From a virus, in the IMG/VR virus record IMGVR_UViG_3300028030_000005, positions 1 through 64,000 of that record: a stretch of 64,000 nucleotides of DNA, one strand, 5' to 3'. A model generated the notes under the pieces. It was given only the letters and a program-made list of their open reading frames with translations. It was not told the DNA's origin and did not search any database. A program made the position numbers and the translations under genes. Below are positions 19,969 through 28,870 of this stretch, in pieces; positions within the stretch are counted from its first letter, which is position 1, and each line of letters opens with the position of its first letter.

Positions 19969-20842
19969 AAATATACTTTTTAACTTGTAACAGTCCTAAC
20001 TCCTCGTCGCGTTGATTCAACTCATTGAATGTGACTAAATCTTTTGTTTTATCCTTAGATGAGCGTTCGTAACGCAGATATCTTGTGATTGATGGCGACT
20101 GCACCCACATCATATCTGCAAGTGGAAATGTTTTGAGTATCTCTACTTGACGAACTCCACTAACAACTACAAAATCATATGAACGAGCTGCCTTAGTAAT
20201 CTCTGCAACTATTGGTTGCAACAATTCCGGATGTCCTTGCAAATGTTTTCTCTCTGTCGCAGATACGTATTGCTTAACAATATCTGAAACTTCGAGTAAA
20301 ATTACTTTCTTGCCTCTGGCGAGTAGTTCTTTGTAATATCCACGAGCAACAGTAGATTTGCCACTTCTCATATAACCACAAACAAAAGCAATGTTAAAAT
20401 CCTTAACATTGGGATTGATTTGTTGTGGTTTTTCAATTTTCTCAAATTCAATCTTACTCAAATCAACGTCAATTCGAAACGGACTTTCGTACGACACAGT
20501 AGCTCCGTTTTCGCCATCCTCTAATACAGTACATTTTGAAAGTTGAAATCGGTCAACTAACTTTTCGGCAATCATCTCACACGACATCTGTCCAAAATCT
20601 GCTAATTGCAATTCGTCGTCCCACCAACTTTCGTGTAAAAATTTATACATTTGGTTTTGTAGGTCGATAATCTCAATATCTCTATCAGCGTGACTCACAT
20701 ACTTTTCAGCAGTGATTTTGAATATATGTCTATGTACGAATTGTAAGTATCCTTGATTCTTATGATACTTTGTTTTCGTTACTCCTGGCCACGCGTGAAT
20801 TCCGGGCATTTGAAAGTTTACTACTACATTAGTTGTTTTCAC
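19955..20842 (-). CDS. Fusion of a QueD-like T-fold domain (candidate CDG decarboxylase, DpdL-like) and a P-loop nucleotide monophosphate kinase
   Basis: N-domain GIHAWP...HRHIF...DRDIEI...SCEM...EDGENG; C-domain AFVCGYMRSGKST...VVSGVR...E...RYLR. Likely start GTG at 20842, overlapping the upstream stop. Confidence 0.7.
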   Translation of the reverse strand: MKTTNVVVNFQMPGIHAWPGVTKTKYHKNQGYLQFVHRHIFKITAEKYVSHADRDIEIIDLQNQMYKFLHESWWDDELQLADFGQMSCEMIAEKLVDRFQLSKCTVLEDGENGATVSYESPFRIDVDLSKIEFEKIEKPQQINPNVKDFNIAFVCGYMRSGKSTVARGYYKELLARGKKVILLEVSDIVKQYVSATERKHLQGHPELLQPIVAEITKAARSYDFVVVSGVRQVEILKTFPLADMMWVQSPSITRYLRYERSSKDKTKDLVTFNELNQRDEELGLLQVKKYIFERE

Positions 20843-21347
20843 GTTGCTTATCTTTTTGAAATTGTCCGTTATATAAGTCATCTTTATCAACAGCATCGTG
20901 TTGATATACAAGTGCTTGCGCAATTCTCGCACCATATTCAATTACAATCGGAACAAAAACTTGCATAACTGTTCCCATTTGTTCTGTCTCAAATCCAGGG
21001 TCAAAAACACTGGAATGTAGGTTTACACCATTTCTCAATAAAGAGCTGCGTTGACGGATTAGCAACGTTCGATTGTCTGGAATTTTACATCCTTGTTCAA
21101 ATGTTACGTCATATACTCCTGGCTCCAACACCCAAACGGCATTTTCTAATCCAATTTCTTTTCCAGATTGTTTCGGAACCAGCTCTTTTTGTCCGAGTTT
21201 AGTCTTTCCTTTCTCAGGAATAATACCTCCACCATAAATTCTTTGAATTTTGAGTACGTTAAGGTCGATTCCTACTTGTTGAATGTTGTCATCACGTAAC
21301 TGCCCTGTGATAATACCTTCGTTTACAATTTGTCTTGCTGTTAACAT
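20829..21347 (-). CDS. dut: Trimeric dUTPase / dCTP-deaminase-family protein
   Basis: GIDL, RSSLLR, FDPGF, RIAQ and YNGQFQ; lacks the TLE motif of deaminases. Confidence 0.8.
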   Translation of the reverse strand: MLTARQIVNEGIITGQLRDDNIQQVGIDLNVLKIQRIYGGGIIPEKGKTKLGQKELVPKQSGKEIGLENAVWVLEPGVYDVTFEQGCKIPDNRTLLIRQRSSLLRNGVNLHSSVFDPGFETEQMGTVMQVFVPIVIEYGARIAQALVYQHDAVDKDDLYNGQFQKDKQRENN

Positions 21348-21348
21348 A

Positions 21349-21891
21349 TTATTTATTTTTATTTAAAATTTTAACATAAGGTAGATTGCGATAAACTTGA
21401 TTTCCGAATGAATTTTGTAAATCCATACCAAAGCCATATAACCACAATCCGTCTTTCACGATTCGTCCTATATAATCTACGTGAAACTCTGCACTTTCAC
21501 GTTTTAATAAAGCAGACGTTCTTACAATAGCACCTTTCTTTTCAAATAACTGCTTTATTTTAATCATCGTTTCTGCCGTATCTACAATATCATCGAATAA
21601 AATCACTTGTGTACCGCTTTTAATGTTTTTTGGCATATTTTCTATTTTTAGTTTTCCTTTCGAAAATATGCCGTTATAACTCGATGCTTTGATATACTCG
21701 ACTTCTATCGGAACAGTTACTTTTGACAATACTAAGTTCATCCACGGAACCGCTCCACTCAATATCCCAACAGCAACTACATTTGATAAGCTGAATTGCT
21801 CATAATATTCGTTGATACTGTTTGCAACCCTTTCAGCGTATTGATTAATTCGCTTAAATCCTACTAATGTTTTGTCGTTATTTATTTTCAT
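21349..21891 (-). CDS. hpt: Purine (hypoxanthine-guanine-type) phosphoribosyltransferase
   Basis: GILSGA, SSY, VILFDDIVDTAET PRPP loop, GFGMD and YRNLPY. Confidence 0.88.
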   Translation of the reverse strand: MKINNDKTLVGFKRINQYAERVANSINEYYEQFSLSNVVAVGILSGAVPWMNLVLSKVTVPIEVEYIKASSYNGIFSKGKLKIENMPKNIKSGTQVILFDDIVDTAETMIKIKQLFEKKGAIVRTSALLKRESAEFHVDYIGRIVKDGLWLYGFGMDLQNSFGNQVYRNLPYVKILNKNK

Positions 21892-22544
21892 CTTTTGCGT
21901 GCTTTATCAATCAAACTGAATAATTCATTTCTCGATGCTGTGACATCAAAGAAATAGCCACTCAATTGTGATGTCATCATTGTACTGTCGTGATGAAGTT
22001 GACGACACTTAACACATCCGTGTTGTGCTTCAATTACGACAGCGATTCCACGATTACCTTTAATCAATTGGTCGAGTTTGTCGTGAATTTGTTTAGTCAA
22101 TCCTTCTTGTAGCTGCGGTCTTTTTGCATACCAGTTCACAATACGATTGAGTTTAGATAATCCAATCACAAGGTCGTCAGGACCTGTACCTGGAATGTAT
22201 GCAACGTGAGCAAGTCCTTCAACTTCTCTGTGATGATGACTACACATTGAATGAACCGGAATGTTTGTTTGGATTACTAATCCATTATATCCTTCATCAT
22301 TTGGAAATGCTGTTACTTTTGGCATCGGATTGACACATCCCCAGATGAAGTCATCAACAAAAGACTTTGCGTATCGATACGGTGTCTTTTTGGTGTTTTC
22401 ATCAGCTTGCCAATCAAATCCCAATGCAGTTAAAAAATCACCGTAGTGTTTAGCTGCTTCGTCAATCATTTGTTGTTTTTCTGCTTCTGTACGAACCAGA
22501 TTGCCATTCGCTCTTTCGAGCAATTTTAATTCTTTGCTATTCAT
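21888..22544 (-). CDS. folE: GTP cyclohydrolase I
   Basis: TPYR, SMCSHH, GLSKLNR, RPQLQE and HGC. Confidence 0.95.
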   Translation of the reverse strand: MNSKELKLLERANGNLVRTEAEKQQMIDEAAKHYGDFLTALGFDWQADENTKKTPYRYAKSFVDDFIWGCVNPMPKVTAFPNDEGYNGLVIQTNIPVHSMCSHHHREVEGLAHVAYIPGTGPDDLVIGLSKLNRIVNWYAKRPQLQEGLTKQIHDKLDQLIKGNRGIAVVIEAQHGCVKCRQLHHDSTMMTSQLSGYFFDVTASRNELFSLIDKARKR

Positions 22545-22561
22545 CTTAAAACTTATTTTTA

Positions 22562-23317
22562 TTAAACTCCTCTTTTATTACCGTACGCAACTATATGAAT
22601 ACGGTCAGTGTAATTATATCCGTTTTGCCACGCATATTGCATAAGCCATCCGCGCGTTTTTTGAAGCTCATCATTCGTTCCTCCAGCAGGCATCAACCAA
22701 ACTTTTTCGTTTGGAATGTGTAATTTCTGCTGAAGTTCTTGTAATTCTTGCAACATCTGAGTATTTGAAATTACTGGTTTGAGTTGATAGTCCCGAGAGT
22801 CTATCATACTATATAACATCGCATCATAATTCTTGCGATTGGTTTCGTGTAATTTATAGTGTGTAGATGTAACTTTTTTACCGTCTGGTGCAGCAGTTCC
22901 TATTCTCGGACTACTATTCGATAACTTTGGACTCAATGACAGTAAATCCACTTTCAGTCCTTCGACAAACTTGCTTCCTTCAGTTTCTAATGTTACGTAA
23001 TGGTCGTAAGACTTTGCGATGTGAATCAAATCTTTTAGCAGTTTTTCGTGTAACGTCGGACTACCTCCAGTAATCATCGTATGTTTTATCTGTGGATTTT
23101 GCTTATAAATTGCAATCACGTCGTTAAGTGTGAATGAGCCCTTCTCTGGATTCCAGCTTGTATATGCACTATCACAGAAATCTGTATCGCTGAATTGACA
23201 TCTTAACGGACATCCTGTTGTTCTTATTAAGATGTGTGGGATTCCAGTCAGTTTACCTTCACTTTGTAAACACGGATACACTTCAACTATTGGCTGTGGC
23301 TTCTGATATTTTGTCAT
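22562..23317 (-). CDS. queE: 7-carboxy-7-deazaguanine synthase (radical SAM)
   Basis: LQSEG, RTTGCPLRC...FCDS, ITGG, ETEG, SLSPK and RIH...GNKRGV. Confidence 0.93.
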   Translation of the reverse strand: MTKYQKPQPIVEVYPCLQSEGKLTGIPHILIRTTGCPLRCQFSDTDFCDSAYTSWNPEKGSFTLNDVIAIYKQNPQIKHTMITGGSPTLHEKLLKDLIHIAKSYDHYVTLETEGSKFVEGLKVDLLSLSPKLSNSSPRIGTAAPDGKKVTSTHYKLHETNRKNYDAMLYSMIDSRDYQLKPVISNTQMLQELQELQQKLHIPNEKVWLMPAGGTNDELQKTRGWLMQYAWQNGYNYTDRIHIVAYGNKRGV

Positions 23318-23630
23318 CTAAATATTTTTTGAATTCGTTTAATTTTTTATGTGCAGTGGCTAAATCTGCTACTGCAGCCGCTTTAACGGTCGTAGCAAAT
23401 TCCTCATTACCTGGAAATTTTTCTCCAGCAGGAATAACAATCCCACTTGGAGTCGTTATATCGTGCTTTCTTACAGGAATGATGAATACTTCATAATCTA
23501 ATGCAGGAGTAAATTCACCATCGCGACGCGAATAAATCGCAATTGACTTTCCTGAAGCTGCGTGTAGTTCTCGATATTCTTGTTGATAAGTAAATCGATT
23601 TTTTCTTAATGTTTTTTGTAGTGTGACCAT
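23283..23630 (-). CDS. Hypothetical protein (115 aa) inserted between queD and queE
   Basis: ORF track; preceded by its own promoter-like repeat. Confidence 0.6.
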   Translation of the reverse strand: MVTLQKTLRKNRFTYQQEYRELHAASGKSIAIYSRRDGEFTPALDYEVFIIPVRKHDITTPSGIVIPAGEKFPGNEEFATTVKAAAVADLATAHKKLNEFKKYLDDKISEATANS

Positions 23631-23635
23631 TCTAT

Positions 23636-23700
23636 ATGTTTTGTGTAAAGATACTAAATGTTTTGTGTAAAGATACTAAATGTTTATCTTTTTTACAACA
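23636..23700 (-). promoter_or_regulatory. Variant promoter repeat (copy 6) with a 22-bp tandem duplication
   Basis: (atgttttgtgtaaagatactaa)x2 at 23636-23679, then AAAGATA-N9-TATCTTT and caac. Confidence 0.7.
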
Positions 23701-24270
23701 TTAAAAAGAGACCTTACAATGTGATTTTGGCGTCTCCCAAAATTCAACTGCACTCACGACTACACCAATTTTCTGCATTTTCTCGCGTGCAATGTCCAAT
23801 AACCAACTGGTTAAATTTTCGCTTGTAGGAACGAAATCAACAAAAACCATTCCTTCGTACTTCTCATATACTGCAGGATGAACCGATTGTAATTGGTTTA
23901 AGTCAGGAAGCCAAAATCCTTGTGAAAATTTGTGTAGTTTATTGAAATCAAGCTTTCCGTCCTTACATAATTCCGGTACCTCGTGCCAAATAATAGGGTC
24001 GTTGATGTCCATAATAAATTTGTGGTCGAGCGTATCATCAATAAAATCTTTGAACCATCCTAAGTGCTTGAAGTCAGTTACCATTCCTCCTTCTAATATA
24101 GGAGCTTTCAGATGTACTTTGATTTTTCCTTGATGTCCGTGTAGATGGCGGCACTTTAAGCATTGGTCTCCATTTGAAGTGTATTCACTGTTTAATTTTT
24201 GGTTGTGGACTCTATGTCCATAACAGAAATCGAATTGTTTGTCGATTTCCCACATTCTTTGATTTTCCAT
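23701..24270 (-). CDS. queD: 6-carboxy-5,6,7,8-tetrahydropterin synthase
   Basis: FCYGHR, CRHLHGH, GMVTDF, LDH, PTSENL and WETP. Confidence 0.93.
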   Translation of the reverse strand: MENQRMWEIDKQFDFCYGHRVHNQKLNSEYTSNGDQCLKCRHLHGHQGKIKVHLKAPILEGGMVTDFKHLGWFKDFIDDTLDHKFIMDINDPIIWHEVPELCKDGKLDFNKLHKFSQGFWLPDLNQLQSVHPAVYEKYEGMVFVDFVPTSENLTSWLLDIAREKMQKIGVVVSAVEFWETPKSHCKVSF

Positions 24271-24283
24271 TCTTTATTGTTTT

Positions 24284-24802
24284 TTATAAAATTCTTGCAA
24301 TGTTTTTAATTAATATAGGCACAATCTTACTACTGTGTCGGAATTTAACCTCTACCACATCTTTTGAGTGGTCTATTATAACAGCATTCGGACTATCATA
24401 AAATCTATTGCGAATAAAAGTGTTGTCAATTATATGCCCAATACGTATTCGCTCGCCGTCTTTGATTTTTATCTCTGATGTTGTTGCAAAATAATTTATC
24501 ACATCCCACTTACGAAATTCTTGAATCTCTTGTTGATTTCTGTACAGAAAGTTCGGTAATCCAAACTCTCTATAAACCAATGCATATATTCGTGTTTTTT
24601 CATCATCGTTAGAGAATATAGTAGGTAATCCATTTCTGGTTGCGATGTCGTTTATTTTTTGCTTTTTGTGCTGCATCACTCTTTGATGATACTTTTTGTC
24701 TTTTACAATTGGATATATCTTTTTACGTAATTCTGCGTTGATATACTCTATTTGAAGTGATTCTAAATATTGAAATAATGTTTGATGTCTTGTTTTGCTC
24801 AT
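24284..24802 (-). CDS. Hypothetical protein (172 aa)
   Basis: ORF track; coupled to the primase gene. Confidence 0.6.
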   Translation of the reverse strand: MSKTRHQTLFQYLESLQIEYINAELRKKIYPIVKDKKYHQRVMQHKKQKINDIATRNGLPTIFSNDDEKTRIYALVYREFGLPNFLYRNQQEIQEFRKWDVINYFATTSEIKIKDGERIRIGHIIDNTFIRNRFYDSPNAVIIDHSKDVVEVKFRHSSKIVPILIKNIARIL

Positions 24803-25833
24803 AATTTGTACTTTTGTACTTTATCTGTGTCAAAAATTATTGGCGATACTGCTGTAGAAATTGCTTGAATTAACTCATCAGCATTTGCTTCGCCAGGGTC
24901 CTTTTCGTGTAAATATCCTACTTTTACGTCGGAAAACAAAGTGGTTAGTTGATTTGAGTATTTCTTAGACGCATTGACGGCGTCAGGGTCGTATAGTAAG
25001 GTAATTTTACTAACTCCTTTGTTGTGAAGCTTTGTCATTTGTTCGACTGACATCTTTTTACCAAATGTACATAAACACTTTGTTTCAGACGATTGGTACA
25101 AATTGAGCTGTTTGTCTGTGTTTGATTTATCTGTGACTCCTTCTACCAATATCACGTGCTGCGTTTGCTCTGTTACTTCATCAATTCCAAATAACAACTT
25201 CCCAAAATCAACTCCAGCTTCATTGATGTATTTTGTCAATTTCTTGCCAGTTCTCAATTCATATTGTTGCTGCTGTTGTTTTGTCATCTCCAATCTCGCT
25301 ACATATCCTTTATTCTTTTGATTTTCTCGAATCAAGAATATGACATACTGTTTTAATTTTGGAACTAATTTTGTTTTCCCTATATAATACGTATCAAATT
25401 GCCACGACTGAAATCCACGAGATTCAAGATAGTTGTTTGTTTTTATTCTACGAAATCCAAATGGTGGATGTCTATCTGGCAGGTCTAATTCAAGTTTCTT
25501 TTGTTCTGTACTAAATATTTGTTTTTTCTCGAGTCGCTGCTTATCTCCAATAAATTCTCCGACCTGAATGATGTGTAACATATCGAGTTGCTTCAACAAC
25601 TTATATTCTGTTCCCTTTGCTTGACAACTTCCGTGAAAACAATTGAATGATATGTGATTTTTATGTGACGTTCGGTCAAAATTTAACTTCACTCCAAACT
25701 TATCGCTACGATTGCAAAACGGACAGGTCGCTCCATATATCCATCCCTTAGGCGATGTATTGTTTAAATCAAGATTTAAAATCTCAACAATTTTTTGCTG
25801 TCGATATGTTAAATTCTTACTCATAAAGTCCAA
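24799..25833 (-). CDS. dnaG: DNA primase (zinc finger + TOPRIM)
   Basis: CPFC...FNCFHGSC, YLESRG, ILVEGVTD, LLYDPD and KDPGE. Confidence 0.9.
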   Translation of the reverse strand: MDFMSKNLTYRQQKIVEILNLDLNNTSPKGWIYGATCPFCNRSDKFGVKLNFDRTSHKNHISFNCFHGSCQAKGTEYKLLKQLDMLHIIQVGEFIGDKQRLEKKQIFSTEQKKLELDLPDRHPPFGFRRIKTNNYLESRGFQSWQFDTYYIGKTKLVPKLKQYVIFLIRENQKNKGYVARLEMTKQQQQQYELRTGKKLTKYINEAGVDFGKLLFGIDEVTEQTQHVILVEGVTDKSNTDKQLNLYQSSETKCLCTFGKKMSVEQMTKLHNKGVSKITLLYDPDAVNASKKYSNQLTTLFSDVKVGYLHEKDPGEANADELIQAISTAVSPIIFDTDKVQKYKL

Positions 25834-27175
25834 ATTTTTGCATTGTTTTCTTATGATTGTAGAATCTTTCGTGCTCGAAGTTAGTAACGATATGAATTAG
25901 TCTATTGCTCGCAGCATACTTTCTAATTTTATCAATATACAATCGCATTATGTTATTCTGTTCCTCATCTGAAGTTCTGTTCAATGTAACCATATATGAG
26001 AAGGGCTGCAATAGTTTTTTGTTTTCTGAAGTATTGCCACGCTTTAACACAAATTCAGGATTTTCCTTATCAGCGTCTTTAATATCATTTGCTTGAGTTG
26101 CGGTTGCACCTGCTGAATCGAATTCAACACAAATATTTTTAAACTTTTTAGCAGATGCACGCTTTTGTAACCGCAATCCGTCTTGATTCTTGAAATATCG
26201 ACCATCTCCAGGTTCTACTTCGTCAAGATAATCCAGTACAATCAGGTCTATCTCTCCGTATTTGTCTTGAATTTGTTGACAAAATGCGTGCACATCTCGC
26301 ATATTGCCGCTATCAAACTGTTCAAATGCTTTGATATGAATTTCTCCTCCTTGTGATGTTAGTATGTGAAGTGCATCGTCAATCTGTTGACGTTGTTGTT
26401 TAGTAAGATTGCCGGTTTCAATATCGTGAATCGTCACTCCTGCAATTGCTGCATCATACGCTTCAGTAGCTTCGGACAACGTTCCTTCTGCTTGAATATG
26501 CACTACTCGATATCCGCGACGGGCTGCCGACAATCCAATGTGTTTCAACATCTTAGATTTTCCAACACCACTGTCTGCGAGAATCAACATCGTATCGCCT
26601 TTATCAATTCCGCCGTGGAGTTTACGGTCAAGCGGATAGATTCCGGTAGGAACCTTACGCTTCATTAAAAACTCTGCTTTCTGCTTTAATGTTGTGACTC
26701 TATCGTCTTGACGCTTATTGAAGTCTGCAAAAACTCTATGCTCTCCAACTTTCTGAAATATTTGAAAGTTTTTGAGTTGTTCTGCTACACTACCCATCAA
26801 TTCAAATGCAGCTTGTTTATCGTCTTTATTGAATTTTTCGTAAAGCTGGTCGTATGCGTCAATAAACATCTTATTCTTGATGAACGTTTCTAATTGAGAA
26901 ACTATGTCGTCTGCATCTGGAGTTTGTGCTTTATTGATGTTGTTGATGACATCTATCACTTTTGGTTTGTGACTAAATTTCTGAGACAGCAATCCAATTG
27001 TCATTAGTTTTTCAGTCAAGTCGTAATATTCTATCATCGATTGCCATATTTCTTTATATGGCTCTGAAGGAAGGTAGTTGTATTTGATGTGTTGGCGTGC
27101 AATCTCAAATACTTGTTTGTTTCTTAACGAGAGCTTGAATAACTCGTTTATGAAGTTGTCTGTCAGTTGTTTCAT
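25817..27175 (-). CDS. dnaB: DnaB-like (SF4) replicative helicase
   Basis: ADSGVGKS Walker A, LIVLDY, ATQ and KIR. Confidence 0.9.
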   Translation of the reverse strand: MKQLTDNFINELFKLSLRNKQVFEIARQHIKYNYLPSEPYKEIWQSMIEYYDLTEKLMTIGLLSQKFSHKPKVIDVINNINKAQTPDADDIVSQLETFIKNKMFIDAYDQLYEKFNKDDKQAAFELMGSVAEQLKNFQIFQKVGEHRVFADFNKRQDDRVTTLKQKAEFLMKRKVPTGIYPLDRKLHGGIDKGDTMLILADSGVGKSKMLKHIGLSAARRGYRVVHIQAEGTLSEATEAYDAAIAGVTIHDIETGNLTKQQRQQIDDALHILTSQGGEIHIKAFEQFDSGNMRDVHAFCQQIQDKYGEIDLIVLDYLDEVEPGDGRYFKNQDGLRLQKRASAKKFKNICVEFDSAGATATQANDIKDADKENPEFVLKRGNTSENKKLLQPFSYMVTLNRTSDEEQNNIMRLYIDKIRKYAASNRLIHIVTNFEHERFYNHKKTMQKFGLYE

Positions 27176-27187
27176 TCTTTACAATCT

Positions 27188-28870
27188 TTATAAAAATGAA
27201 AAATCAAAATCGTCAACAGTTCCTTTCGCAGCTCTAACTGCATTCCATAGCGACATCGAAGTATCGTCGTGTTGACTGGTCGATTCTAATTTTCCAGTGT
27301 CTTGAATATACGTAATTGAATTTAATTCTGCAAAATATAAATCAGTTAAATCTTTCGCTCTTTGAGTTCCATACGGAAACTTGATACGAAAAGTTTCAAA
27401 CAATACAGCGAGTGACGGAATTCCTTTGTATAGAGACTTCTTATTAATTGTATTTGTTGTTTTCCCTACAACCGGCAGATTCGCGTCCTGCATCATTTGA
27501 ATAAATATCTCTTGCATTCCATTGTCTTCTGCGTAGATTACATCTGGCCTAAAATCGTAATTTATCTTTTTTAACGCTGCTATTTGTTGTGAATAATTAG
27601 CTCCACGTTTTCTCCACGTATTTAGTATATGATAATTACCCAAATCATCTACACCTAAAATCGTAAATACTGTGTAATCTGCTGCTATATTTGATGATAT
27701 GGCAAAATCTGCTCCTACTACAATTTTTGTAAATTTCCTTTCTGAATTATCGATGTTTGTTATCACATCAACACTATCTTGTCCCTTGATTGCATTACGT
27801 AGTATGCTGTATGGAAATATCGTTGCCATATCAGATACCGGCTTGACAAGTATTTCTCTTGAAAACACCAACGACCCGAGTATGTTTCGCTTACTCATCA
27901 ATGACTTGAATGAGTGCCGTTGTGGAAATAGTAGTTGTCCGTCCGGAAATATTGCAGGGTATTCAAATACAGGAAATTCGCCTGTCGATTTCAGGTATGC
28001 ATATAAATCTTTTTCGAAGAAAGGCGTTCCTACTACTAACATTTGTCCTCCTGGAGATAATGCAGGTAAAATTACACCAGTAAATACATTTTGATATTTA
28101 TCTCGCTGTTCTTGACTGTATAGAGACGATTCATTCAAAAAGTCATCGAGAATGATATATGTCGGGTGATAACCTCTAATTTTGGAACCTGCTGATTTAA
28201 TTGCTAATGAAGCTCCGTTTTTGCAAATGATTTTTTCTTTACCCCACCCCTCACGCTTTGATTCTGGCATCAATCGTTCGCGTAGTATAGGATTGTTCGC
28301 AATTTCCTCTTTAATCATCGCAAGAAAATGTCGTGCAAGATTGAATTCGTTTGTAATCAACAATCCTTCACGAGCCATCTGAAGCTCTTTTGGAACGTAT
28401 TTACCACGCTGACGTCGTCTGTATCGATACATTTGCCATAGTGGATATGCAAAACTGAAATGATATGATTTACCGTGGTCTCTCGCGGCAAGAACGCACA
28501 AAAATCGGTTGATTTGTATTAAATTGGACCACTCTATGTTGTGCCATCCTAATATAAAATCTGGTAGTACGGTTAGAATAAAGTAGTTCAAACTCTTTAC
28601 TCGCAGTGTTTCCTCGACTTCCTTTGCAAATGTATCGAGATAATTAAGTTCAGCTGTTTCTGCTGGATTTTTTGTCGCTACTACCTGAGCTGCCTCGTCA
28701 ATTAAAATGGCTATCAAGTGGTCAGTATCTTTGATTCCTCCCGACAGCAATTCCGAAATAGCGAGTTCGTCAAGATTTTCAACAATATCACTCACTAAAT
28801 CATAGACGTCTGACATCTGATTTAGTGATAGAATTGAATGCTCTGTTTGCAGTAACTTCTGTTGTGCCAT
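27188..28870 (-). CDS. terL: Terminase large subunit
   Basis: ARDHGKS, IRGYHP, ILDD, VGTP, nuclease VGADFA...ADYT and HDD. Confidence 0.9.
   Translation of the reverse strand: MAQQKLLQTEHSILSLNQMSDVYDLVSDIVENLDELAISELLSGGIKDTDHLIAILIDEAAQVVATKNPAETAELNYLDTFAKEVEETLRVKSLNYFILTVLPDFILGWHNIEWSNLIQINRFLCVLAARDHGKSYHFSFAYPLWQMYRYRRRQRGKYVPKELQMAREGLLITNEFNLARHFLAMIKEEIANNPILRERLMPESKREGWGKEKIICKNGASLAIKSAGSKIRGYHPTYIILDDFLNESSLYSQEQRDKYQNVFTGVILPALSPGGQMLVVGTPFFEKDLYAYLKSTGEFPVFEYPAIFPDGQLLFPQRHSFKSLMSKRNILGSLVFSREILVKPVSDMATIFPYSILRNAIKGQDSVDVITNIDNSERKFTKIVVGADFAISSNIAADYTVFTILGVDDLGNYHILNTWRKRGANYSQQIAALKKINYDFRPDVIYAEDNGMQEIFIQMMQDANLPVVGKTTNTINKKSLYKGIPSLAVLFETFRIKFPYGTQRAKDLTDLYFAELNSITYIQDTGKLESTSQHDDTSMSLWNAVRAAKGTVDDFDFSFL

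Noticed and set aside
20843-20941. N-terminal extensions given by the ORF track (20941, 17276, 42635, 31382, 36049, 19518 starts)
   Set aside because: They overlap upstream genes or promoters; downstream starts fit family N-termini and translational coupling better.
21888-24270. folE/queD/queE as simple queuosine-tRNA or folate auxiliary genes
   Set aside because: There is no queC, queF, queA or canonical tgt and no folate genes. The DpdA-like gene and the replication context favour DNA modification, though this is not proven.
11734-28870. Inteins or introns in dnaE, dnaB, terL or recA
   Set aside because: Lengths and motif spacing are normal; no intein C/HN splice signatures or split ORFs were seen.
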